A stretch of 38,560 bases of DNA, taken from positions 1 through 38,560 of IMG/VR virus record IMGVR_UViG_2529292890_000001; one strand, written 5' to 3'. Numbering within the stretch: the first letter of the stretch is position 1; each line of letters opens with the position of its first letter. Source of the stretch: a virus (taxonomy: Duplodnaviria; Heunggongvirae; Uroviricota; Caudoviricetes). The translations under genes and the position numbers were made by a program. Of the stretch, positions 9,744-17,740 are shown piece by piece. Under the pieces are notes generated by a model. It had not been told where the DNA came from and did not search any database. It was given only the letters and a program-made list of their open reading frames with translations.

Positions 9744-9760
9744 ATTACCTTTCGGGTAAT
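9744..9760 (-). promoter_or_regulatory. Dispersed palindrome copy A: ATTACC-TTTCG-GGTAAT
   Basis: 17-bp inverted repeat about 100 bp upstream of the tailspike start; a half-site ATTACC (9694-9699) plus AACCACATATG (9705-9715) lies between. Confidence 0.55.
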
Positions 9761-9798
9761 TTGCAAAACGTGCTGGATAGCAAACAAATTATTTGCTA

Positions 9799-9814
9799 CT
9801 GTATAAATATACAG
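9799..9814. promoter_or_regulatory. LexA (SOS) box CTGT-N8-ACAG
   Basis: 20-mer tactgtataaatatacagtt (9797-9816) matches the LexA consensus taCTGTatatatatACAGta; overlaps a TATAAAT -10-like element about 25 bp upstream of the 9837 ATG. Confidence 0.7.
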
Positions 9815-9836
9815 TTATTGCATGGAGAATATTAAG

Positions 9837-10094
9837 ATGCAGCAGTATCACTATCCACTGGAAGACGGATTTACCGAAAGGATTCACACGCCGGGAGGCG
9901 TCAGGTCACTGGTGGAGGGATCGCACTTGATGAAATTACTCCGGGATCTCGATAAGGATGGATTTAATGTCGATGGCCCACTTGCCGAACTGACTGCACT
10001 GATTAACTACGTCACCAGCTCACAGATGTCTATGCAGGATCTGCAAACACATCTCGACTATTGTGCCGAACAATTACGAAAACAAACCCGGTAA
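9837..10094 (+). CDS. Small SOS-controlled protein, candidate antirepressor (paralog of the C-terminal domain of the BRO-N protein at 11245-11931)
   Basis: 85 aa from the ATG at 9837 (RBS GGAG; the track ORF starts at 9822); about 45 percent identical to the last ~65 residues of the BRO-N protein; LexA box immediately upstream. Confidence 0.6.
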   Translation: MQQYHYPLEDGFTERIHTPGGVRSLVEGSHLMKLLRDLDKDGFNVDGPLAELTALINYVTSSQMSMQDLQTHLDYCAEQLRKQTR

Positions 10095-10116
10095 ATTTAA
10101 AGGCCGCAAGAGCGGC

Positions 10117-10845
10117 CTATCGTTTCGCTTTGTGCTCATCCCAGCACGTTTTGCACCATGCCATTAAGCCGTCCGCATTTTGATTATTAGGGTAAAAGCT
10201 GGTTCGTTTTCTGCGGACATTACAAATTGGGCACCACTTCATATGGCGTGTATTCTTTGGGCCATCGAGACACCTTGCACACCACTTAGTCAATCCATCT
10301 GGATTTTTTGACGATTTCCTGAATTTTTCATATGGAAGGTTTATTCTGCATCGCAAGCACTGCTTGCTACCACTTGAAACTCTGTTAGCTGATTCTTCTT
10401 TTGGCGGCGATACAGAAGGTATTCTTGCTGGCTCTGATACTGCCTGAGGTGCTTTTTTAGATGACTGAGACGATATGTCATCACCAGGGAATCTTCCATG
10501 ATATGCCGGACGCGTTGACACTCCAGGTGGAAGCTCAGCTGTAAACGGCTTTGGCTGAATCAGTTGCCTCTCTTTTGCTAACTCCTGCTGTTTATAATAT
10601 GTCTGGATTACCGCACTATCATAAGCAGGAGGTGCGGAAATATTAGGCGCATTACCTCCAGTTTTTTGAAACTGAGTAGAGGTGTGTTCTATCACCTGTG
10701 TACGATTAATCGTTATCTCCCCATCTTCGGTCTTTATCGTTTTGTTATGATTAACGACCGTACGATCAGAGATCTTAGTCTTGTTCTGGTTGATAACGTA
10801 AATAATCACCGCAACCACACCAACAACTATCCAGAAAACTTCCAT
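10117..10845 (-). CDS. Membrane-anchored protein with C-terminal tandem CxxC zinc-ribbon repeats; function unknown
   Basis: 242 aa; N-terminal TM helix, S/T/P/Q-rich linker, C terminus with CLRC...WCARC...WCPIC...WCKTC; RBS GAGG; two palindromic motif copies upstream. Confidence 0.6.
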   Translation of the reverse strand: MEVFWIVVGVVAVIIYVINQNKTKISDRTVVNHNKTIKTEDGEITINRTQVIEHTSTQFQKTGGNAPNISAPPAYDSAVIQTYYKQQELAKERQLIQPKPFTAELPPGVSTRPAYHGRFPGDDISSQSSKKAPQAVSEPARIPSVSPPKEESANRVSSGSKQCLRCRINLPYEKFRKSSKNPDGLTKWCARCLDGPKNTRHMKWCPICNVRRKRTSFYPNNQNADGLMAWCKTCWDEHKAKR

Positions 10846-10864
10846 TGCTTTTCCTCACAATAAC

Positions 10865-10881
10865 ATTACCTTAAAGGTAAT
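10865..10881 (-). promoter_or_regulatory. Dispersed palindrome copy B: ATTACC-TTAAA-GGTAAT
   Basis: 20 bp upstream of the start of the Zn-ribbon membrane protein gene. Confidence 0.55.
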
Positions 10882-10957
10882 ATCTTGCTTTCAGGTGATC
10901 AAGCGTTAAACGCAATCAACCAAATACGGTTGATTTTTATATTTATCAGCGTTTATC

Positions 10958-10974
10958 ATTACCTTTGCGGTAAA
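10958..10974 (-). promoter_or_regulatory. Dispersed palindrome copy H: ATTACC-TTTGC-GGTAAA
   Basis: Second copy 93 bp from copy B in the same intergenic region. Confidence 0.5.
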
Positions 10975-11063
10975 TTTACATCGCACTCCTCTTGTGCCAT
11001 AGTAATCGAGCACTGGCAAAATCCAGTGCCGGGATTTGCACCCCGGATTACTAAAAGGCGCAT

Positions 11064-11086
11064 ACCACGCCAGACGTGGTTTTTTT
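11064..11086 (+). terminator. Candidate intrinsic terminator in the leader upstream of the BRO-N gene
   Basis: accacg-ccaga-cgtggt followed by T7. Confidence 0.4.
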
Positions 11087-11244
11087 ATGCGTATAGCACA
11101 GTCATGCCAGAATTATGGTGGGACGTGCAGGGGCACCGAAAGGTGCGCCGGGTCCTTTTAGCCGGTAGTGCAAACCCTGTACGTCTCACCACCAACGAGA
11201 TTTGCACCTCAGGTGGTGATTAACCATACTAAAAGGTGATTGCC

Positions 11245-11931
11245 ATGACTGCTAACGTAACCCCATCTGTTTTTCATTTTGAATCAGAAGCAACCATTCG
11301 AGCCATTGTTATTGATGGAAATCCTTGGTTTGTTGCCAAAGACGTTATTAAAGCTCTTCAACTGACAAACCCCACCATGTCAATCAAATCTCTTGATGAT
11401 GATGAAAGGGCTAAATTTAACTTAGGTCGTCAAGGCGAAACCAATATTATCAGCGAGTCAGGCCTCTACACACTGATCCTCCGCTGCCGCGATGCGGTGA
11501 CACCAGGCACTATCCCCTACCGCTTTCGTAAATGGGTTACAGGTGAGGTTCTTCCTCAGATCCGCCGCACCGGAAGTTACATTAAAAACTCGCTCCCGCA
11601 GGAAGAACGCATAAAGATGGTTGCCGACCAGGTAGCCAACGCCACAGCATCAGCAGTGATGCAGGCGATGAAGATAGAGAACAAAACCTACAGTGCCCCA
11701 CTGAAGCCCGGCTACCGCAGCCTGATTCACTCGCCGTCTGGTGTTCTCGGCCTGACGGAGAACTCACTGCTGATGAATCTGTTGAACCAGTTACAGGAAG
11801 ACGGGCACGACGTATCGGGCGCGGCGGCGGAGCTGACCACCATGTTCTGCTACATCGTCGGTGTGAGCAAATGCCTGCGTGATATCCAGACTCACGCGGA
11901 GTACATCAACGACAAAGCAGGATTCTTCTGA
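11245..11931 (+). CDS. BRO-N domain protein (antirepressor-like, two-domain)
   Basis: N-terminal FHFESEATIRAIVIDGNPWFVAKDVIKAL is a BRO-N signature; C-terminal domain paralogous to ORF 9837-10094; ATG at 11245 with RBS AAAGGTGA (track ORF uses GTG at 11236). Confidence 0.65.
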   Translation: MTANVTPSVFHFESEATIRAIVIDGNPWFVAKDVIKALQLTNPTMSIKSLDDDERAKFNLGRQGETNIISESGLYTLILRCRDAVTPGTIPYRFRKWVTGEVLPQIRRTGSYIKNSLPQEERIKMVADQVANATASAVMQAMKIENKTYSAPLKPGYRSLIHSPSGVLGLTENSLLMNLLNQLQEDGHDVSGAAAELTTMFCYIVGVSKCLRDIQTHAEYINDKAGFF

Positions 11932-12002
11932 CGGGCGGCGGCACAGGGATGTGCCTTTAAATAATTCTGTACAGATTGCAGACTGGGGGTGAATAGAGTA
12001 CT

Positions 12003-12019
12003 ATTACCCCAAAGGTAAA
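12003..12019 (+). promoter_or_regulatory. Dispersed palindrome copy K: ATTACC-CCAAA-GGTAAA
   Basis: 26 bp upstream of the plus-strand small membrane protein gene; spacer orientation flipped relative to copies ahead of minus-strand genes. Confidence 0.5.
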
Positions 12020-12044
12020 CCGAGAGTTTACATGAGGGGGAAAC

Positions 12045-12233
12045 ATGGAAATCAACATCATTACATTGCTGAAGGCCATTATTGGCGGAGCGGGCTTAGG
12101 CTTTGCCCTACCAGGCGGATTATCTTTCCTGCTTCCTGCTTTTACTGTTACAGCTGGGATAGCCTATGCATTTGCTGTGGCTGGTGCTGTTGCACTCCCT
12201 GCTATCTATGCCGCAAAGAAGTTAGCCAACTAA
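12045..12233 (+). CDS. Small hydrophobic Gly/Ala-rich membrane protein (62 aa)
   Basis: Two predicted TM segments with GxxxG/AxxxA packing motifs; RBS GAGGGGG; palindromic motif 26 bp upstream. Confidence 0.5.
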   Translation: MEINIITLLKAIIGGAGLGFALPGGLSFLLPAFTVTAGIAYAFAVAGAVALPAIYAAKKLAN

Positions 12234-12234
12234 A

Positions 12235-12567
12235 ATGCCTGATTTATCTTGGCTTGCGCCCAGAGATGCACAGCAATTGACAAGGTTTTATTTCATACTG
12301 TGCATTGCTTATCTTGCTGTTCATCTGATATGGGATGCCGTTTGCAAAGATACGCCTCCTTTTTCTTTGGATAAGTTGCAATACAAGATGAATGAGGTTT
12401 ATTCATCATCTACTTTTGCAACCAGCGCATTCTTCATTGTTATTCTGTTCGATATGAAGAATCCACTGAGAACTTCAGATGCTTTCATATTCCCATTAAT
12501 TATTGCTGCTCTAACTGGCTTTATGATCTCATTATCAGCAATAGTGCCAAAGAAAGTAAATAACTGA
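12235..12567 (+). CDS. Membrane protein (110 aa, 3 predicted TM helices), translationally coupled to the preceding gene
   Basis: Start 1 nt after the upstream stop; hydrophobic helices; followed by an intrinsic terminator. Confidence 0.5.
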   Translation: MPDLSWLAPRDAQQLTRFYFILCIAYLAVHLIWDAVCKDTPPFSLDKLQYKMNEVYSSSTFATSAFFIVILFDMKNPLRTSDAFIFPLIIAALTGFMISLSAIVPKKVNN

Positions 12568-12570
12568 ATA

Positions 12571-12592
12571 AGCCCGCGTTGCGGGCTTTTTT
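12571..12592 (+). terminator. Rho-independent terminator
   Basis: agcccgc-gtt-gcgggct followed by TTTTTT. Confidence 0.7.
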
Positions 12593-12664
12593 ATGGACGA
12601 AACAAAAGTCAGTGCTACACTCATTGACGCCACATCGAGGTGGCTTATAGATGGAAATGTCACA

Positions 12665-12826
12665 ATGAAAAAAGCATTTGCTGCACTGTTCGTTTTGTTG
12701 TCTCTGGTAGCTTCAACTCAGGCCTTTGCCGGTCGTTGTCAGCACGACAGCGACACTGCTGCTGACGGCTCCCGCTGCGGTGGGCGTTCTGCGGATTCCC
12801 GCCCGGGTGGCGGTGGCATTCGTTAA
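12665..12826 (+). CDS. Small secreted or periplasmic Cys-containing peptide (signal peptide plus ~31-aa mature part)
   Basis: Internal ATG at 12665 gives MKKAFAALFVLLSLVASTQAFA followed by GRCQHDSDTAADGSRCGGRSADSRPGGGGIR; the longer track ORF begins inside the upstream terminator. Confidence 0.4.
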   Translation: MKKAFAALFVLLSLVASTQAFAGRCQHDSDTAADGSRCGGRSADSRPGGGGIR

Positions 12827-12848
12827 AAACAAGGCCGCGAAAGCGGCC
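12823..12848 (-). terminator. Rho-independent terminator ending the minus-strand ejection-protein/lipoprotein operon
   Basis: Minus strand: ggccgc-uuuc-gcggcc followed by UUGUUUUU. Confidence 0.6.
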
Positions 12849-12857
12849 TGTGACATG

Positions 12858-13238
12858 TCACGCAACGCAATTATTACCGCGCCATGTAACATTTTTAATA
12901 ATCTTATCAGCACCAAACTCAACGTAAACAGAGCAACTGAAATGGAGTGTATAACCGCCATCAGTTGTTGCGTATGTGTTTGAATATATAGTATTACCAA
13001 TTAGATTAGACGTAGTATTATACGTTGTGGTTTGTGGTACGTTATAACTACCAGAGCTTGAGTAAACATACACTCTGTTTCCATCTGGAGATGTAAGCTC
13101 TCCCTGAGGATACCCCCACTGCTGAACCATTGCGTCTATACTCTGCCCGCGCCACGTAAGCATATTTCTTTCAAACTGTGCAGCTGACTGGCATCCAACG
13201 AGAAGCATAAATCCAAAAATCAAAAATACTTTTCTCAT
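12858..13238 (-). CDS. Prophage lipoprotein (126 aa), possible superinfection-exclusion or envelope factor
   Basis: Start at internal ATG 13238 (RBS AGGGG) gives MRKVFLIFGFMLLVGC lipobox; mature part has a BamE/OmlA-like pattern (…QQWGYPQGELTSPDGNRVYVY…) and is S/T/N/Y rich. Confidence 0.5.
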   Translation of the reverse strand: MRKVFLIFGFMLLVGCQSAAQFERNMLTWRGQSIDAMVQQWGYPQGELTSPDGNRVYVYSSSGSYNVPQTTTYNTTSNLIGNTIYSNTYATTDGGYTLHFSCSVYVEFGADKIIKNVTWRGNNCVA

Positions 13239-13285
13239 AATTACCCCTATCATGGAAAAACAGCACCAATCCACAAATTAACTAG

Positions 13286-13474
13286 TTATTTTATTATTCT
13301 TCCGAACAATACAATTCCGAATACTACAAAGCCGAACCATGCCGCTGCACGCAACAGAGATTCCAATTGAAACCCATTTTTATCAAAATGTATGAATAGC
13401 ATAAAAACGCTGCACATATTAGTACAATAAAAGTTATTTGAACCATCATATCTCCTTTTATTGCGGAGTGACAT
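13286..13474 (-). CDS. Possible small membrane protein (62 aa)
   Basis: ORF with hydrophobic C-terminal segment overlapping the end of the upstream virion gene; weak support. Confidence 0.25.
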   Translation of the reverse strand: MSLRNKRRYDGSNNFYCTNMCSVFMLFIHFDKNGFQLESLLRAAAWFGFVVFGIVLFGRIIK

Positions 13475-15932
13475 CCTGTGGTCGCCACCAGTATGTCTGG
13501 TTAAACTCTTTCTTCGAACGTTGCTCCATTTTACGCAAATAGCCTGGTGAAAAATACTCCTGCATCTGGTTAAAGATCATGTGATCGAGAGCCGCCTTCA
13601 AGTACCAGAGATTCGCACCAGGCATCAAACCTTTCCCCAGCTTCACCAGATCACCACCAGTCTGCTCACTCTTCCCTTCCACAGCATTTAACGGTATGCC
13701 CTGAGCAATCTTCACTACGTCATCAACCAGACCAGCTACCGGGCCAAGCATCGACGCCAGCGCGCCGCTTCCGTACCTAGTGTGATCTGACAATAAAAAG
13801 TCACCGTAAAGGCCAAGACCACCACCTTTCAGTAGAGCACCAAGCCAGAATTTTGCGGCATCTTCTCCTGTCATCTCTCGAGGATTACGACCAGACGCAA
13901 GGTCGTTAAGTTGCTGCGACAAAGCGCCAAGAATGGTCGTACTGGCAATAAACGTCGCAATATATGCCGCACGCCCACCAGCAGACGGCATACCCATAGC
14001 GCGTGACCAGTGACGCATAACAACCGAGATAGGGAACGATTTAAACAGGAAAACACTTCTCGTTAATTCACCTTTCCATGTTCCACGCTGAATACCAGAA
14101 CCGGTTATCAGTTGCTCACGTGCTCCCGGTGTAATAACAGCCATATCAACTTCTTCAGTTACGGCACCGAGCAGTTTACGCATTGCCTCAAATTTCACGC
14201 GTTCAGGCTCACCAAGATGTTTAACTGCTGAATCAGGGATACGCATAATGCTTTCCGGTGTCAGCATCGTATTATTACCGTTCCCCCAGTCCTCCTGTTT
14301 CGCCAGCTTCCATACGCTCCAGTCTGTGTCAGTAATCCCTTTGCTTTTCAGGATACGAAAATCAGAGTCATCGAGGCTACGAAGGTCTGGTGTCCGTGAC
14401 ACTACTTCTCCCAGGCTTCCCATCATGGTTACGCCATAGGCGCGCTTGTGCGCATCTGACCATGCTGTAAGCCCACTGGCACGCATTACCGCCGTTGCCG
14501 CCCAACGAGACACTGACGGCCCCATATTATCCATCGCCCAGCGGTTAACGCTGCCAAGTAGAGATTCCATCGCCAGACCAGCGCGGCGCGCCCGCGCAAG
14601 TTCTGTACGGTTCGTTGGGTCCATAGCTTCAAGCTGGTTGCGGAATAACTGGTTCATTGGAAGGTTGGTAACCTTCGCAGACAGATACATGGTTCCAAGA
14701 TCAGAGAACGATGACAGCAACGCGGATCCGAGTCTGCTGGCAACCAGCCAGTTGCGGATATTGTCAGACCATCGCGCGATGTGCGGATTCGCTACAGGCT
14801 GTGTCTTTCCGGAAATAAAGTTGTACAGATTCTCTGTGTTGTTCGCCAGCCGCTCGACTTTACCGGTTTTACTCGGGTTAGCTGTTGCCGTTTCTGCCTT
14901 CACCTGATCAAGAAGAGAGCGGAAAACATGATCGGGGTTTGGGCCATATGTTTCCACCAGTGCAATATCTTTACTGATACCTTCCAGGTGACCGACCATG
15001 ATTTCCCATAGAGAGCGATCGCCATAAAGTTGCTGATATTGCAGATAGGAATCTGCATCTTTGAAATGTATCTGTCGTGATGCATTACCACGGTTAGCAC
15101 GTGCGCCGGAAATTCGCATTCCGGTATCAGTAAGCTTATTCAGCCCACCAGTAGCGATCGTGTTATAAGCCTCTCCAAGAAATGAAGACAACTCGGCATC
15201 GTTCATCAGTTGTCCATCGGCTCGGATATAATATTTGCGATCCAGCCTACCTATAACATCGCTAACCCACTTATCCTTTGATACTGCCCCAACCTTTTCC
15301 ATAGAATGATGTTGAGGGATCCCCCAGTTTTCGAGATAGCCAATGTCCCCACCAGCATCATTAAACCGGCGGCGCAGCAGCTCTGTAACTTCTCTCCACG
15401 CCTTAGCACCGTTTCTTGCTTTAGCATTGCCAGTAGTTTGCCCCCGCATTTCATATACCAGGTCACGTACGCCCGCTTCATCTTCAAACAGACCAAAAAA
15501 GCGAGGATCAACTGCTTCGAATGCCTCCTGCAATTGACTCAATGCATAATCACGGGTGGCTTTTGTTCTGGATTCAACAGAGAGGAAATTAGATTTACCG
15601 TCTGCATTAAAAGCTATAGTACGGTTAAGAGCGCCAAGTTTCCCATCAGCCCCTTGATAGCTATTGATAAATTTATCCAATCTCTGACGCGCGGCTATAG
15701 TGAGAGCCACACGACGTTTCTTTAATGCCGCTTCTCGCTGTAATTCTTCAGATGCCAATTGTGCTGCTCGATATAGCCGCTCTGATTCGGAAAGTTGTCG
15801 CCACGACATAGGGTCATCACGAGCAATGGAGCGCATATTTCGATAAATGCGGTCTTCAATGTTCTGTATTTCTCGCGCCGTTAACATGCGCTGCGCCGCC
15901 TGCTGAACCGCTTGTATACATTCCTGTCTCAT
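13458..15932 (-). CDS. Large internal virion / DNA-ejection protein
   Basis: 824 aa; last of a run of large genes after the tail genes, where podoviruses encode ejection/core proteins; RBS GAGAGG. Confidence 0.5.
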   Translation of the reverse strand: MRQECIQAVQQAAQRMLTAREIQNIEDRIYRNMRSIARDDPMSWRQLSESERLYRAAQLASEELQREAALKKRRVALTIAARQRLDKFINSYQGADGKLGALNRTIAFNADGKSNFLSVESRTKATRDYALSQLQEAFEAVDPRFFGLFEDEAGVRDLVYEMRGQTTGNAKARNGAKAWREVTELLRRRFNDAGGDIGYLENWGIPQHHSMEKVGAVSKDKWVSDVIGRLDRKYYIRADGQLMNDAELSSFLGEAYNTIATGGLNKLTDTGMRISGARANRGNASRQIHFKDADSYLQYQQLYGDRSLWEIMVGHLEGISKDIALVETYGPNPDHVFRSLLDQVKAETATANPSKTGKVERLANNTENLYNFISGKTQPVANPHIARWSDNIRNWLVASRLGSALLSSFSDLGTMYLSAKVTNLPMNQLFRNQLEAMDPTNRTELARARRAGLAMESLLGSVNRWAMDNMGPSVSRWAATAVMRASGLTAWSDAHKRAYGVTMMGSLGEVVSRTPDLRSLDDSDFRILKSKGITDTDWSVWKLAKQEDWGNGNNTMLTPESIMRIPDSAVKHLGEPERVKFEAMRKLLGAVTEEVDMAVITPGAREQLITGSGIQRGTWKGELTRSVFLFKSFPISVVMRHWSRAMGMPSAGGRAAYIATFIASTTILGALSQQLNDLASGRNPREMTGEDAAKFWLGALLKGGGLGLYGDFLLSDHTRYGSGALASMLGPVAGLVDDVVKIAQGIPLNAVEGKSEQTGGDLVKLGKGLMPGANLWYLKAALDHMIFNQMQEYFSPGYLRKMEQRSKKEFNQTYWWRPQDVTPQ

Positions 15933-15937
15933 TTAAT

Positions 15938-17740
15938 TTAACCTCTCAAGAAACACGCCACAGCGACATCAAACAGGCTGGAATCCTGTATTGCCTGCTC
16001 ACTTTCCCTGTTCGCTTCATCCAGTGCTTCACGCGCACTGCGCGATTGTGGATTACCATCATCATCCAGCACGGTGATTATCATGTCAGGTGATTCAAGC
16101 AGCGAGTCTTCAGCTATGCGCAAATCAATATCTCCTGCCTGATCTGACATCATTTTTTGTTCTGCCTGTTGCAATATTTTATCAGGCTCAAAAGGAGCTA
16201 CTTCGTCTGGCGTCCTGACCTCTGCTGTTTTATAGAATGAAACAGCCTGAGCATTAAGTTCACTTTCTGCCTGCTGTCTCCGAGCCAGTTCTGCTCGAGC
16301 TTCAAAAAACTGACCGCCAGGCTCATGCGGTGCCAACGCGTTACGAGAAAATTCCAGGCGTTCTTGTGCCTGCCGGATTCGTTGGTCAATATCGCGAAGT
16401 CTGGCCTGTTTATCTGATCGAGCACGAGATAAAGCCTTACCGCTACCGGCTGGATCTTCTGCAAGAATTTGTGCGCGCTGTTCAGTGAGATTTTCAATAA
16501 TTCGTTGGCTATTAGCGATTTCAGACTGGTAAACCTGTCTATCGCCACGCGGCAAAAGCTGCGCGGCCTGTTCTTCAAGCAACCGATTTTCTATAGCGCG
16601 CGCCGTTACTCCATCATCTACAGATGACAGAGCCTCATTAACTGCCTGAGACAGCAGACTCTTGCGTCCAGGAATTTCACTGAAAGATGCAGACTCAACA
16701 ATGCTGGCAACGTCTACAGGTCTCCCCTGGCTAACATCAGACATGGCTTTTCGCAGAGCCTGAATGTGCGAATTACGCGAAAGCACGTTGATCGGCACGC
16801 CGGGAGCAATATCAATTTCAGCATGATGAGCGGCATTCGCCGCCAGTGCAGCATCGATATCAACTGGTGAAAAATTTGGTGCGCTTGTAGACTCGCCGCG
16901 AGAGTTAATAAATCTGCCGACACCACCAAACGCCACCCCAAGAACAGCATCAATAGCAATTGCCTGTCGATCCAACACATCATACTGGTTAGCCATTTCG
17001 CTATAGCCACCATCACGAAGCGTTTTTGCAGTAAGCCCACGCTGTGCCATACCGAACGCAATATTTGTACCTGCGGCATAGGCAATATCTGGCGTTGCAC
17101 GTACTGCTGTTGCTGCGGCGCGTCGCACTGAACTTTCACCCGTCCGCGCAAGCTGAGCCGCCACACCTTCCGCCAGCGCACCACCAGCACGTAACCCGAG
17201 GCTCATAGGGATCAGTGTTCCGGCACCAGCAGTAATACCCTGCACTAATCCCGCTTCCTGCGCCGTCCTGAAATCAACACCCTGTGCTGTAAGCCGTTCA
17301 AACTCAGAAAAACCCTGTAGAGAAGTTACCGCCGCAGCACCTCCGACCGGACCACCGAGCGTTGTACCGACAACAGCCTGCCCGCCCATATCGAACAACC
17401 CATAAAGGACCTGCCCGGCGGTTCCGGTTGTCGCGGCATCAGGCGTCAGCCGCTTAACCTGCTGCTCTGCTAGTTTTCTCTGCTCAGCAATGTATGAAAC
17501 TGAAGTGTCATTGATCGAGGTGTTTTCGTTAACAAACTGAGCAATCGGGGATACGATTTTATCCATCCCTGCCCATAGCAACTGATCTGGCTTTGCCACC
17601 AGCCCGGAGTACAAACCAGACAATGCCGCTCCTACAGCATTGTCGAAAAAACCAACATCGCTGTTAAAGCCAGCTGGATTTGATGCTGCTTCGTCAAGCT
17701 GCTGATTCTGGTTTACTGGATTAAGGCCAAAGTAACTCAT
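15938..17740 (-). CDS. Internal virion / ejection protein (Gly/Ala-rich)
   Basis: 600 aa; low-complexity G/A-rich segments; start overlaps the upstream stop. Confidence 0.5.
   Translation of the reverse strand: MSYFGLNPVNQNQQLDEAASNPAGFNSDVGFFDNAVGAALSGLYSGLVAKPDQLLWAGMDKIVSPIAQFVNENTSINDTSVSYIAEQRKLAEQQVKRLTPDAATTGTAGQVLYGLFDMGGQAVVGTTLGGPVGGAAAVTSLQGFSEFERLTAQGVDFRTAQEAGLVQGITAGAGTLIPMSLGLRAGGALAEGVAAQLARTGESSVRRAAATAVRATPDIAYAAGTNIAFGMAQRGLTAKTLRDGGYSEMANQYDVLDRQAIAIDAVLGVAFGGVGRFINSRGESTSAPNFSPVDIDAALAANAAHHAEIDIAPGVPINVLSRNSHIQALRKAMSDVSQGRPVDVASIVESASFSEIPGRKSLLSQAVNEALSSVDDGVTARAIENRLLEEQAAQLLPRGDRQVYQSEIANSQRIIENLTEQRAQILAEDPAGSGKALSRARSDKQARLRDIDQRIRQAQERLEFSRNALAPHEPGGQFFEARAELARRQQAESELNAQAVSFYKTAEVRTPDEVAPFEPDKILQQAEQKMMSDQAGDIDLRIAEDSLLESPDMIITVLDDDGNPQSRSAREALDEANRESEQAIQDSSLFDVAVACFLRG

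Noticed and set aside
9641-9836. Attempt to read the ATTACC-N5-GGTAAT element as a canonical sigma-70 promoter
   Set aside because: No consistent -35/-10 pair with 16-18 bp spacing could be aligned across the copies; it is reported as a regulatory motif of unknown mechanism
10885-11223. 112-aa plus-strand ORF in the leader upstream of the BRO-N gene
   Set aside because: No RBS, implausible composition, and it spans hairpin and terminator structures; treated as non-coding leader
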